Under the pieces are notes generated by a model. It saw nothing but the letters and a program-made list of their open reading frames with translations, was not told where the DNA came from and made no database searches. Source: Fibrobacteria bacterium (GTDB lineage Bacteria > Fibrobacterota > Fibrobacteria > UBA11236). Taken from it: a stretch of 62,676 bases of DNA. This document shows, piece after piece, positions 40,020 to 50,036 of this stretch. Position 1 is the first letter of the stretch, and each line of letters begins with the position of its first letter. The DNA is taken from assembly GCA_043745805.1 (NCBI GenBank), contig JAYTSD010000002.1, positions 1 through 62,676 on the forward strand, in the 5' to 3' direction. Position numbers and translations under genes: made by a program.

Positions 40020-41488
40020 TGGCATTTTCTAAAAAAGATTTTACAGATTGGGTTTTATTAGGGGAAGGCGGTCAGGCCGAAGTTTTTCGCGCTCGGCAAT
40101 TGGTTTTGGATCGCTGGGTAGCTATCAAAAGACTTAAGCTTTCCTCTATTGGCGGCCCTCGTGATATCGTTCGTTTTGAACGCGAAGCTAAAATATCAGC
40201 CTCTTTGCAGCATCCTAGTTTAGTAGCTATTTATGATTATGGGCAAGATGGTGAGTTTTATTATCTCGTCATGGAATTTGTAGAAGGCTTAAATCTCGCG
40301 CATTTATTTTTTCAGTCAGAATTAAAATCCTTACCAATTGCCCTTAAATATCATGTGAGTCGACAAATTATTGGCGTTGTGGATTTTATTCATCAGCAAG
40401 GTGTTTTGCATCGCGATTTAAAACCAGATAATTTCTTAATGGATACTAAGGGAAAAATAAAATTATTGGATTTAGGAATGGCTAGAGCGCAATTTCAAAG
40501 CCATACCGAAAATCATATGGAATTAAAAGGGACCTTAGCTTATTTTCCTCCCGAAATTTTTCGAGGACAAGAAAGCTTAACCGTAGTATCAGAATATTAT
40601 TCTCTTGCTTTATTACTATTAGAGGTTTATGCGGAATCCCGAATTTTTGCTGGAAAATCGGTTAGCGAAGTGGTCGGTTTAATTCAAAGTGGTATTAATA
40701 TCACATCACTTCCTGTCCCCGATGAATTGAAAGGGATTTTGTTGTTGTATTTGCATCCTAATCCAGATATGCGCCCCAGTTCGTTGCAGCTTTTAAATCA
40801 AGCTTTTTCCAATGGACCCTTGCTTAAAGAAAAGCAAGATTTAAAATGGTTAGTGGAGAGAAGTGCCGAATACAAAAAACATTGGCTAGGGGAAAATATT
40901 GCGCGCCATGAAAAACGTCAACAATACGAAGCCGCCTTTTTGTTACTTAAGGAGTTGATTGAAATTGATCCGGAAAATACCTCGGTACATTATCAATTAG
41001 CCAAGATGAGTGAAAAATTAAATGAAAGTCACCATTCTTCAGTGACAAAAATCCGCACTACTTTAGCACGCTGGCGACGTCCCGCCCCTAAATTATGGGT
41101 TTGGTTTTTTTCCGTATTGCTGGCCTTGGTGGTAATTGGTGTAGTGGCCTTATACACCGTACGCGAACCCGAAGATTTAGGGGTATCACTTTTAGCACGG
41201 GAAACGCATAATAATAGCCAAGAAAACCCTCGTATTCAAAAACCGATGAATTCAAAAAATAATAATGCCCGTTTAGTGCTCATTAATTTTCCGAAGCAAT
41301 ACAAAATTCGCATAGATCATAAATCATTTACTCCCGCCAAAGAAATGCGTTTTCCTGCCGGTCAATATCGCCTTGAAATCATGAATTCTTCCGGGCATAA
41401 AATTTATGACAAACCCATTCGTTTGAAAGCGGGCGAAGCTTTTGAATTTGAATTTTCAAAGAAAGTAAACCATGATACTGATCAATAA
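40016..41488 (+). CDS. Membrane Ser/Thr protein kinase (Hanks type)
   Basis: LGEGGQAEV, VAIK, HRDLKPDN, DLG, GTLAYFPPE; one TM; PEGA-like C-terminus. Confidence 0.92.
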   Translation: MMAFSKKDFTDWVLLGEGGQAEVFRARQLVLDRWVAIKRLKLSSIGGPRDIVRFEREAKISASLQHPSLVAIYDYGQDGEFYYLVMEFVEGLNLAHLFFQSELKSLPIALKYHVSRQIIGVVDFIHQQGVLHRDLKPDNFLMDTKGKIKLLDLGMARAQFQSHTENHMELKGTLAYFPPEIFRGQESLTVVSEYYSLALLLLEVYAESRIFAGKSVSEVVGLIQSGINITSLPVPDELKGILLLYLHPNPDMRPSSLQLLNQAFSNGPLLKEKQDLKWLVERSAEYKKHWLGENIARHEKRQQYEAAFLLLKELIEIDPENTSVHYQLAKMSEKLNESHHSSVTKIRTTLARWRRPAPKLWVWFFSVLLALVVIGVVALYTVREPEDLGVSLLARETHNNSQENPRIQKPMNSKNNNARLVLINFPKQYKIRIDHKSFTPAKEMRFPAGQYRLEIMNSSGHKIYDKPIRLKAGEAFEFEFSKKVNHDTDQ

Positions 41489-43265
41489 AAATACGGGAGA
41501 TAAATATACTCTTCAAGGTAAAGTGTTTACTGTAGGTAGCGGCAGTGTTAACAATCTGGTTTTACAAGGCGAGCAGATTCGAAAAATTCATTTTCAAATT
41601 TTAAAGCAAGGCGATCAATTTCAATTTATAGCTATGAATGGCAATGTAGATTGCAATGGGGAACTTAAGCCCGAAGGGTTTTTAAACCCTGGCGACACGC
41701 TTTCCTTAGGGGGAATTGTATTGGGAATAGAAGCCTCAGCCCCTCCAGCGCCTATTGTAAATCCAATTAATATGCTCGGCTTCACTGGCAACGCGTATGA
41801 AATTTTATTGGAAAAAGTAATAGGCTTAATAGAAAATCCCGATAAGCAAAAATCTACAGAAGATATTTTAAACCTTGCTTTAGAATTAATGACTGCGGAT
41901 GGAGGATATTTATTTGCGCTCGAAGGCAATGATTTACGCCTAATCCATTCTGTACCACAAGACAATCCTAACTATTCTCATTCGGCAGTCAATGCCGCTT
42001 TTAAAAAACGCGAAACCTTAATTTGGTCGGCTTCTGAAGAACAAGAGGAAGTGAGCGCGCAAAGCGTGGCACAAAAACATATTTATTCCATTTTAGTGGC
42101 GCCATTACTGAGCAATGGAGCTGAGTTAAGCGGATTAGTGTATTTGCATCGTAACAAGTTGGAAAAAGCCTTTACCGAAGATGAACGGAAATTATTTTCC
42201 AAAATCAGCCAAGCATTAGGCGCTATTTGGGGAAGTAATCGTAAGCAAATGGATCAAGCAGAACAGTTACAGTCCTTAAAAGCTGTAAAAGGTGCGGGGC
42301 AAATTTTATTCGCTTGTGAGGAAATGAAAAAGGTTTTGGAAATGGCTAATCGCGCTGCAAACAGCGCGGTTCCGGTACTTATTGCGGGTGAAACCGGCAC
42401 GGGAAAAGATGTTTTAGCAAATTATGTGCATTCGCATTCGCTGCGCGAGCGTGCGCCCTTTGTCGCTATAAATTGCGGCGCTATTCCCGAACATTTAATT
42501 GAGAGTGAATTATTTGGTCATGAAAAAGGAGCTTATACCGGCGCCGCCAATATGCAAAAAGGTTTATTTGAACAAGCCAATGGAGGCACACTTTTTTTAG
42601 ATGAAGTGGGCGAATTGCCTTTACATATGCAGGTTAAATTTTTGCGTGCCTTGCAATCGGGACTTATACGACGCATTGGAGGTACCGAAGAAATCCCTGT
42701 CGATGTTCGTGTGATTGCGGCTACGCATCGTAATCTGTTAACAGAATTGCAAGCAGGGCGTTTCCGAGAGGATTTATATTATCGCTTAAATCTCGTGCAA
42801 CTCACGCTCCCGCCTTTACGTGAACGCGAAGGAGATGTATTGCTTTTAGCCGAACATATTTTGAAAAAAGCTTGTGTGACTTTCAATATGAATAACGCCA
42901 GTTTATCGAAAGCAGCAGAGAAGGCCTTATTAAAATATCCTTGGCCGGGTAATATTCGCGAATTAGAAAATAAATTGCAAAAAGCTTTATTGAATTCTAA
43001 TTCACGGATTTTAGATGTGGAAACATTGGAATTACCTACTTTGGGTGTGGTGGAACCTTTGTCGCTGAAGTCGGCACGGGAACAAGCTGAATCGCGAGCC
43101 ATTCAATCGGCACTTACAAAAGCCAAAGGAAACTTAACCTTGGCAGCTACCTTTTTGGGAATTGACCGAAAGGTATTACGTGACATTATGGAACGCTTAG
43201 GGGTGCATAAAGAAAATTTTAAATCCTTAAAAAACGAGGATTTTGAAAATGCTCGGGATGATTAG
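41472..43265 (+). CDS. FHA-like/GAF/sigma54 AAA+ enhancer-binding protein with Fis-type HTH
   Basis: GETGTGKD, ESELFGHEKGAYTGA, LFLDE, FREDLYYRL, WPGNIREL. Confidence 0.93.
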   Translation: MILINKNTGDKYTLQGKVFTVGSGSVNNLVLQGEQIRKIHFQILKQGDQFQFIAMNGNVDCNGELKPEGFLNPGDTLSLGGIVLGIEASAPPAPIVNPINMLGFTGNAYEILLEKVIGLIENPDKQKSTEDILNLALELMTADGGYLFALEGNDLRLIHSVPQDNPNYSHSAVNAAFKKRETLIWSASEEQEEVSAQSVAQKHIYSILVAPLLSNGAELSGLVYLHRNKLEKAFTEDERKLFSKISQALGAIWGSNRKQMDQAEQLQSLKAVKGAGQILFACEEMKKVLEMANRAANSAVPVLIAGETGTGKDVLANYVHSHSLRERAPFVAINCGAIPEHLIESELFGHEKGAYTGAANMQKGLFEQANGGTLFLDEVGELPLHMQVKFLRALQSGLIRRIGGTEEIPVDVRVIAATHRNLLTELQAGRFREDLYYRLNLVQLTLPPLREREGDVLLLAEHILKKACVTFNMNNASLSKAAEKALLKYPWPGNIRELENKLQKALLNSNSRILDVETLELPTLGVVEPLSLKSAREQAESRAIQSALTKAKGNLTLAATFLGIDRKVLRDIMERLGVHKENFKSLKNEDFENARDD

Positions 43266-43420
43266 TCTCTTTCGATATTATGGTGTAAGTAAAGTTTTTT
43301 CATAGACTTAGAGCTTTAGATTTTTGGGATAAGAGTTTGATGGAACTTAAATTCGCTATTTTGGATATTCATTATTCTATTAAATGGCCAACACTTGCCG
43401 AAATCAAGGTTATAATTTAC

Positions 43421-43436
43421 TGGCTTAGACTTTGCT
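43421..43436 (+). promoter_or_regulatory. Candidate sigma54 (-24/-12) promoter
   Basis: TGGCTTAGACTTTGCT: GG 43422-23 and GC 43434-35 exactly 10 nt apart, with TTGC. Confidence 0.55.
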
Positions 43437-43455
43437 ACCCTATGTATTGGCATAG

Positions 43456-44103
43456 ATGAGGACAATTATGTTGCGATATGGAAAATGGAAATGGGCTTTG
43501 CTTTTAAGTGGAGGGTTTGCCTTTGGGCAGGGCCCAAGTACGGAAATGAAAGTTGATGAGCCTCAATTGAAAAAAGAAATTCCCGAAATAAATTTAGAAT
43601 TGCAATCCGAAAGATTTTCTCGTTTAGATTTACAAAAGGATTTAACTCCCGAGCAACAAAAGGCTTTAGAGGAACGCAAACAAAAAACTCGCGAATTAGC
43701 ATTGCTCATTAAGGAGAAGCGTAAAGCGATTCGGGAAGCAGATCCCAATAAAAAAGAAAAGCTTGCCTTGGAGTTTCAAAAAATGCTACTCGATAGGCAA
43801 CTACCAAATGAAGTTTCCGGCAAAGTTATCCATGAATCGAATACCAATGAACTTGACAAAAGAGTCGAAAAAAAAATCAACCCTTCCCTAAATCATTTTG
43901 ATACTCAAAGGGAAAATAAACTCATGGAATGGCAGCGATTAGAGCTGGATCAAAAAGAAAAACATTTAGAACAAAAAGAAACGGAAAAAATAAAAGAACG
44001 TTTGTTGCAAGAAAATAATTCATGGAATAAAAAGCAAACTCCGCCGATAGAAAACAAAAGCAATGATTTGAATAGTGGCAAGAACCCACTTGTTACGCCT
44101 TAA
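43456..44103 (+). CDS. Secreted charged coiled-coil protein (start may be 43468)
   Basis: Signal-like N-terminus, E/K/Q-rich; GAGGA precedes the ATG at 43468. Confidence 0.7.
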   Translation: MRTIMLRYGKWKWALLLSGGFAFGQGPSTEMKVDEPQLKKEIPEINLELQSERFSRLDLQKDLTPEQQKALEERKQKTRELALLIKEKRKAIREADPNKKEKLALEFQKMLLDRQLPNEVSGKVIHESNTNELDKRVEKKINPSLNHFDTQRENKLMEWQRLELDQKEKHLEQKETEKIKERLLQENNSWNKKQTPPIENKSNDLNSGKNPLVTP

Positions 44104-44117
44104 AATTTAGGTCTGGG

Positions 44118-44816
44118 TCAGTTCTGCGGTGTCCCAATAAATTTATAACCCGACCCATGAATAGAAAGTATTAGCGCTGGTTTTTTGGGGTTACGTTCAA
44201 TGATTTTACGCAGTTGAACAATATGATTGTCAACCGTGCGACTTTGAATATACTCTTCAATTCCCCACACTTTTTGTAGGAGTTCTTCACGAGTTACAAT
44301 TTGATTACGCTTTTCCCAAAATAATTTCATCATCATGGCCTCTTTATGACTGAGGCGTATATTTTGGCCGCGAACATTTGCCTCTAGGTTTTGGAAATTA
44401 ATTTCACAATCATCAAATCGAGCTAGGGTATTTTCCTCTTTGGGCTGCAACCAAGAGCGACTACGCAATAAGGAGCGAATACGTGCGAAAAGAATATTGA
44501 TATCAAAGGGTTTGGCTAAATAATCATCTGCTCCATTTTCTAGGCCCTCTACAATATCTTCCTTGGCATCCCGAGCGGTTAATAAAAGCACGGGCGTAAA
44601 GACTTGGGTTTTTCGTAAAGCGCGTAACACTTCGATTCCATCAATTCCCGGAAGCATCCAGTCGAGTAAGATTAAATCAAATTCATTTTCGGCAATGGCT
44701 TTTAAACCTGCTTCACCGTCTTCACAAACTAAAACCTGAAAGCCTTCGGAACGCAAATTAAATTCCAGACCCAAGGCTAAATGCTTATCGTCTTCAATGA
44801 TGAGAATTTTTTTCAT
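44118..44816 (-). CDS. OmpR/PhoB-family response regulator
   Basis: IIEDD, LDWMLP, GADDYLAKPF, RTVDNHI, GSGYKF. Confidence 0.95.
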   Translation of the reverse strand: MKKILIIEDDKHLALGLEFNLRSEGFQVLVCEDGEAGLKAIAENEFDLILLDWMLPGIDGIEVLRALRKTQVFTPVLLLTARDAKEDIVEGLENGADDYLAKPFDINILFARIRSLLRSRSWLQPKEENTLARFDDCEINFQNLEANVRGQNIRLSHKEAMMMKLFWEKRNQIVTREELLQKVWGIEEYIQSRTVDNHIVQLRKIIERNPKKPALILSIHGSGYKFIGTPQN

Positions 44817-45730
44817 ACCGACCTTAATAAACTAAGGGTAAAGATATTTCCGGATCCATCTTCGGCATGCCTAATTTCAATACGCCCTTTATGCAGATTT
44901 ATAATAGTTTTTACAATAAACAATCCCAATCCCACACCGCTTTGGCGACGTGTTTCCCGACTGGGCACGCGGAAAAATTTTTCAAAAACTTTTTTGAAAA
45001 AAATCTTGGGGATCAACTGTGAACCATCTTGTACACTAATAGAAACCCAATTTGATTCGGCGGTTAACTTTAATTTAGGGGTTATGCCGTTGCCATATTT
45101 TTCGGCATTATGAATCAAATTAACAAGTACTAAATCAATGAGCATTGGATCAAAATTTACAAAGCCACAAGGATCCGCATTTACTATTAAAGGGCGCGGC
45201 CATTTGGCTACAAATTGTTGCAACCAGTTTTCAATTTGCACTTTATGCAATTCCAAAGGTAATGCGCCTCTTTCAATTTGCTGCGATTTCAATAAATGCA
45301 GGACTAATAAATTCATGCGGTCACAGTCGGCCAAAATAAATTCGATAAATTGCTTACGTTCTGTTTCGCTAACTTCTCTTTGTAATAAGGTTTGGGCAAA
45401 CATGCGAATGGAGGACATGGGTAGTTTTAATTCATGCGTCATCATATTCACAAAATCCTTTTGCTGCCTTTTGAAATGGGCATTGCGCATTAGGTTTGCA
45501 AAAAAAACCGAAAGGATAATGATCAAAATGGAAAAAAAGACAATACCCACAATTAATATCACCCAACGCCCATGGGTTGGCAAATTTTGATCGCCATGCA
45601 CATTGGCATAAAGTTCTCGAATGGTATGAAAGTCTCGAATAATGAAAATATTCCAAAAGACTAATAAGGTGACCAACATGGCAACGGCCAATACAAAAAC
45701 AATAATATTGAGAATGCTTTTCCAGCTCAT
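44813..45730 (-). CDS. Sensor histidine kinase (2 TM)
   Basis: THELKLP, NLIHNAEKY, GVGLGL; overlaps the regulator. Confidence 0.92.
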   Translation of the reverse strand: MSWKSILNIIVFVLAVAMLVTLLVFWNIFIIRDFHTIRELYANVHGDQNLPTHGRWVILIVGIVFFSILIIILSVFFANLMRNAHFKRQQKDFVNMMTHELKLPMSSIRMFAQTLLQREVSETERKQFIEFILADCDRMNLLVLHLLKSQQIERGALPLELHKVQIENWLQQFVAKWPRPLIVNADPCGFVNFDPMLIDLVLVNLIHNAEKYGNGITPKLKLTAESNWVSISVQDGSQLIPKIFFKKVFEKFFRVPSRETRRQSGVGLGLFIVKTIINLHKGRIEIRHAEDGSGNIFTLSLLRSV

Positions 45731-45776
45731 CTTAATAAATTAGTTTGCAGCGTCGATTTAGTATATTCCTAATACC

Positions 45777-46559
45777 ATGAGAAAATTATTTTATTTGCGC
45801 CAAACCTTACAAGCGGCTTTTTTGCCTCCTTTTTTCCGTGTTTTGGGGATGTTTTATGGGTCTTGGGTATTATTGGGGTGTAATTTTTTCACGACACAAA
45901 CTTTAGTGGAGCCGCCCAAGCAAATTAATCAATTTGCCAATAATTTCACTGCCGGACAAAAGCTAGAGTATCGAATTAAAGCGAGTGTGAAAACGGATAC
46001 GGGCACAGTGCAACGTTTACCGCTACAAAGAGTGGTATTCACCGCATTAAGGGACAGTCTCATTGACGGGTTTGTATACAAACAAGTGACGTTTATAGTA
46101 ATTACTTCGCAAGAAAGTGATACCGTTTATCAAGAAAAAATTTGGCTTAATTTTGGTTTGAATGGGACATGGTCCTTCCTCAATAAATCATCAGATAGTA
46201 ATTCGATGATGCAATATTTTGCTTTCAAGCGTTTGGCCCAAATTGTGGCACAAGGGGATTCGGAAACGGTATTTCAACCGAGTCTAGGTCTGCAATGGAC
46301 TATAAATAATGGTGCTTTTCAAATTCATCGCGAAATCATTGCTTTGGATACCTTGCCTTATCATCACCATGCGGAAGTAGCTTGGAAAATAAAAGAGTCC
46401 GTGAAAATTGGCGATCAGCTTTTATCGACGGGTTTTTATTGGATCGGTCAATCGGGCTTGCTTAAAAGTGAGCAGTCAATTTTGAATTTTGTGGGTTATT
46501 CTAATGAGGGTAATGTGAGTGGACAGGGATTCTTATTAAGAGAAATCGAGTTATTATGA
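45777..46559 (+). CDS. Hypothetical lipoprotein
   Basis: LLGC lipobox; ATGA overlap with the ABC ATPase. Confidence 0.7.
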   Translation: MRKLFYLRQTLQAAFLPPFFRVLGMFYGSWVLLGCNFFTTQTLVEPPKQINQFANNFTAGQKLEYRIKASVKTDTGTVQRLPLQRVVFTALRDSLIDGFVYKQVTFIVITSQESDTVYQEKIWLNFGLNGTWSFLNKSSDSNSMMQYFAFKRLAQIVAQGDSETVFQPSLGLQWTINNGAFQIHREIIALDTLPYHHHAEVAWKIKESVKIGDQLLSTGFYWIGQSGLLKSEQSILNFVGYSNEGNVSGQGFLLREIELL

Positions 46560-47248
46560 GCATGGCCATTGATGCGCAGAATTTAATGCTTAATTATGGT
46601 GATGGACATATTATTGGCCCATTAAATTTACAGATTGCCGCAGGGAGTTGTGTGGCATTAATAGGCCCAAATGGTGCCGGTAAAACCTCTTTAGTGCACA
46701 TGCTACTTAACTTGCGTCCCCCTTCGCAGGGTACTGTGCATATTCACGGTGTCAATAGTATGCAGGCGGCTTCACGCGCTAAAGTAGGTTATTTACCTGA
46801 GGTAACAGATTTTGCAGTTAAAGCCTCGGCATTGGATTTATTGCATTTGCATGCGGCATTATTAGGTGACACCACTAGCTCATGTAAAGCATGGCTGGCC
46901 GAATTTGGATTATCGGATCCTTATCAATCGATTGAAACTTTTTCCAAAGGCATGCGCCAACGTTTAGGATTGGCGATTGCTTTTTGGGGGGAACCTCATT
47001 TATTGATTTTAGATGAACCCAATAGCGGATTAGATCCCGTGGGCATTGTTGACTTACGTAATCGCATGGTCGATGCTAAGGAAAAAGGCATAACCATTTT
47101 GATTTCCACTCATCGCTTAGCGGAAATTATGCCAATTGCAGATCAAATAATCATTATGCATAAGGGAAAAATTGCGGGGATGGCTGCCGCTTCTGATTTC
47201 GCGGATTATCAGGCGATGGAACTATTTTTCTTAGAAAGAGTAAAATGA
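46556..47248 (+). CDS. ABC transporter ATP-binding protein
   Basis: GPNGAGKT, FSKGMRQR, LILDEP, H-loop. Confidence 0.95.
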   Translation: MSMAIDAQNLMLNYGDGHIIGPLNLQIAAGSCVALIGPNGAGKTSLVHMLLNLRPPSQGTVHIHGVNSMQAASRAKVGYLPEVTDFAVKASALDLLHLHAALLGDTTSSCKAWLAEFGLSDPYQSIETFSKGMRQRLGLAIAFWGEPHLLILDEPNSGLDPVGIVDLRNRMVDAKEKGITILISTHRLAEIMPIADQIIIMHKGKIAGMAAASDFADYQAMELFFLERVK

Positions 47249-48045
47249 AGGCTACGATTTTTGGTTCTCCATTACGCGCTTTATTGTTTTTTGAAATGAA
47301 AATATGGCGTCAAAATAAAATTAATTTTTTTGCATTGGGCGCGTTGGCTTTATTTTTGTTTTTACTGAAATCTGCTTTTTCGGGACAATTGGTTATGAAT
47401 GGTAAGGCCATTGGAGTAGAATACAGAGTAATTTATTTACTAGCTATTGGATATTCAGTGATTTCGGTGCTTACTACTCTTTATACTTTGAGCCTCGCCT
47501 TAGAAAGAACTGGATCTGGATTTTTAAAACAAAATGATTGGTTGATTTTAGCACGCAATGTGAGCCGACCTTTATTTTATTCGACCAAACTTATTTCCCT
47601 ATCCTTAGCAGCCATAGCCTTTTCAGTTATAAGTTTAATTGGCTTTTGGATCACGATATATTTGTGCAGCGGACAAAATCTTTATCGTTTACTTTGGTTA
47701 ATCATTCCCTTGAGTTTAAGCCAAACGGTTTTGCTTGCCTTGTTTTTGGCTTTGCGTCAATATATGGGGGCGTTTGCTTTATTTTTTGGATTTCTATTAA
47801 CGCTCCCAATTCTCTATATTCGTCAACTCTGGCAATATTATGGTGGGATTATGCGAGGCGACAATGCAGGAGAAACCGTATTTCATGTGTTACCTAGCTT
47901 TGGAGGAATACACGCTTTTTCTTTAGGCGTGGTACAAGATTTTTATTATCGCGAGAGCGCTTGGATTTCGCTAATTAACATTTCGCTTTGGGGTTTTGTG
48001 GCGGTGTTTATGGGGATAATGAGTTTTCGAAAAAAAAGAATGTAA
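47245..48045 (+). CDS. ABC-2 type permease
   Basis: About 6 TM helices; coupled to the ATPase. Confidence 0.75.
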   Translation: MKATIFGSPLRALLFFEMKIWRQNKINFFALGALALFLFLLKSAFSGQLVMNGKAIGVEYRVIYLLAIGYSVISVLTTLYTLSLALERTGSGFLKQNDWLILARNVSRPLFYSTKLISLSLAAIAFSVISLIGFWITIYLCSGQNLYRLLWLIIPLSLSQTVLLALFLALRQYMGAFALFFGFLLTLPILYIRQLWQYYGGIMRGDNAGETVFHVLPSFGGIHAFSLGVVQDFYYRESAWISLINISLWGFVAVFMGIMSFRKKRM

Positions 48046-49866
48046 CTAGGATTTTTCCGAAGGAGTGCTATTTTTGATTTCCGGATCAATGCCGTTCAAA
48101 TAAATATTTCTCCTATCCGCTGAATAGTTTAAGAATTTATAATAAAGCTTTCCGTCGATTAAATCATTTCTCAATATGGTTAATTCATTGGGGCTACTAA
48201 AAGATTGAAAACGAATCACATTACCTTGGGGATGAAAAATAATTAACATATTCGGTGGCAAATTAACCTTTTGTGGGGTTTGCTGGGTTTTACTTGTTAC
48301 GCTATGCGTACGATGCGCATCTACTACTAAATCCACATAACTAAATTCTCTATCTTGCACGGCCGCAGGATGATCTTTATCTACTTGCCAATTCATTTTT
48401 CGTCCAGAAAGCCAATGCAAGGGCGGCGTAAAAGAAATGAAATTAAAATAAGTGCTATACGATCCTAAAGCCACGGTATTTACAAAATCATTTAAGTCTT
48501 GATTATTCGTGCGACCGCTTGGGGAAGCAAAGGTATAAGCACTTTGCGAAGTTTTTTCTTGCAAGCTAAGTTTGGAAAAATCAATTTGTCCCGCGGCTAC
48601 GGAAAATCTTTGTACAAAGGCTAAGGTATCAGAAAAGTGAGATTTTTCAACCGTTAATTTGTTCACGCCTGATTGAACAACGGTGGTTTTTAATACTCCA
48701 TTTTTTTGTTGCAAAGAATTTTTAGCCTCATCATCTAATTCTATAGTGGTTTCTGTTTTCAAGGAAAACTGCGTGATGGACGTTAATGTGGCTTTAAATT
48801 TGGCCGAGCGTTCAGCTTCTAAACGTTTTTGTTCTTCATGCAAAGCGGCCATTTGGGCTTCTTCTTGTTGCTTTCTTTGTTCATTGGCGAGAGCTTGGTT
48901 TTTTTGAATACTAACTTGGGTGAAAGCATAATTTTTGCGCCGAAGTAAATCTTGCTCTAATCGTTTCCAGCCTTCGAGACGCGTTTGAATCGGTTGTAGC
49001 TGTTGATTACTTTGGGCCTTTAAGGCCACTTCAATTTTTTCTTCTGCCGCCACTGTAATTTCCATTTTGTCTTTTTCTGCAAAGGCTAATAATTCACTAA
49101 AGAGCATATCCGCATTTAAGGCCTCTTGCAGGGTTTCCAAATGTTGGAGTAAATCATTTTTTTGCCCTAAAAATTTCTGCTGGAGTTTTTCGATTTCTGA
49201 GGCAGCTTGTTCGGCATTGGTCGCGATACTATTGGACCAGTATTCTAATTGCATGGCATCATCATCATAGTACGCTTCATTTTGAGCAAACTTGGCATCC
49301 GCTAAAAGAGCCTGCATATGTTGACTTAAAAATATTTCAGCATAATTAAAAAGCCATTCGGTTTCGCCATTTTTACAATCCATTTTAAGTTGATTTAAGG
49401 TTAATAAATAATCTTGCCTAGGCTTCAAGCTACGGGCTTCTAAGGGCATAAGCATGCGTTGAAATTTTATTTTATTTAAAGGACTGAAAACTTTTCCCTC
49501 TTGCCGAAATTGTTCTTCAATTCTTTGTGCCACCGTAAAGGCATAAAGTTCGTGAATGAGTTGATTTACTTTTTCTGGCGATCCATCCAATTTGGAAATG
49601 TCTTTGTCAAACTGTAACCATTTTTTATAAATCCCTTTATCTTTGCCCGCATTTGCTTGATGTGATTTCTCATTTAATTTACCGAAATTTTTTTGTGTTT
49701 TGGCTAAATCTTCTTCCCAGTCAGAAAAAAGATAGTCGTGATTTAATTTTTTGATATGGTCTTTTAAATAAACTTTAGCTTGGGCAATTTCGTCAACAGG
49801 CTCGGAAGCATACAAAGTAATGGGAATTAGGAATGCCCAAAGGGCTAATAGAAAAGGATATACCAT
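48046..49866 (-). CDS. Secreted hypothetical protein with long coiled coil and C-terminal beta domain
   Basis: Signal peptide; E/Q/K-rich helical middle. Confidence 0.75.
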   Translation of the reverse strand: MVYPFLLALWAFLIPITLYASEPVDEIAQAKVYLKDHIKKLNHDYLFSDWEEDLAKTQKNFGKLNEKSHQANAGKDKGIYKKWLQFDKDISKLDGSPEKVNQLIHELYAFTVAQRIEEQFRQEGKVFSPLNKIKFQRMLMPLEARSLKPRQDYLLTLNQLKMDCKNGETEWLFNYAEIFLSQHMQALLADAKFAQNEAYYDDDAMQLEYWSNSIATNAEQAASEIEKLQQKFLGQKNDLLQHLETLQEALNADMLFSELLAFAEKDKMEITVAAEEKIEVALKAQSNQQLQPIQTRLEGWKRLEQDLLRRKNYAFTQVSIQKNQALANEQRKQQEEAQMAALHEEQKRLEAERSAKFKATLTSITQFSLKTETTIELDDEAKNSLQQKNGVLKTTVVQSGVNKLTVEKSHFSDTLAFVQRFSVAAGQIDFSKLSLQEKTSQSAYTFASPSGRTNNQDLNDFVNTVALGSYSTYFNFISFTPPLHWLSGRKMNWQVDKDHPAAVQDREFSYVDLVVDAHRTHSVTSKTQQTPQKVNLPPNMLIIFHPQGNVIRFQSFSSPNELTILRNDLIDGKLYYKFLNYSADRRNIYLNGIDPEIKNSTPSEKS

Positions 49867-50036
49867 ATAATTGTAGTTTATCCCAATCTAAGGAATTAAT
49901 TCAATCTTGCCAGAACATATTCCAAAGAAAAATGGAACCATTTTAACTGTGGTGTTTTGAGCAAAAAGGATTTTAAAAAGCAATGCCTACAAAGCTCCCT
50001 ATGATTGGGATTATAGCAGAGTTTTTGTGTGGACTT

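Noticed and set aside
43385-43400. Second sigma54-like motif TGGCCAACACTTGC
   Set aside because: GG-GC spacing is 9 nt, not the required 10
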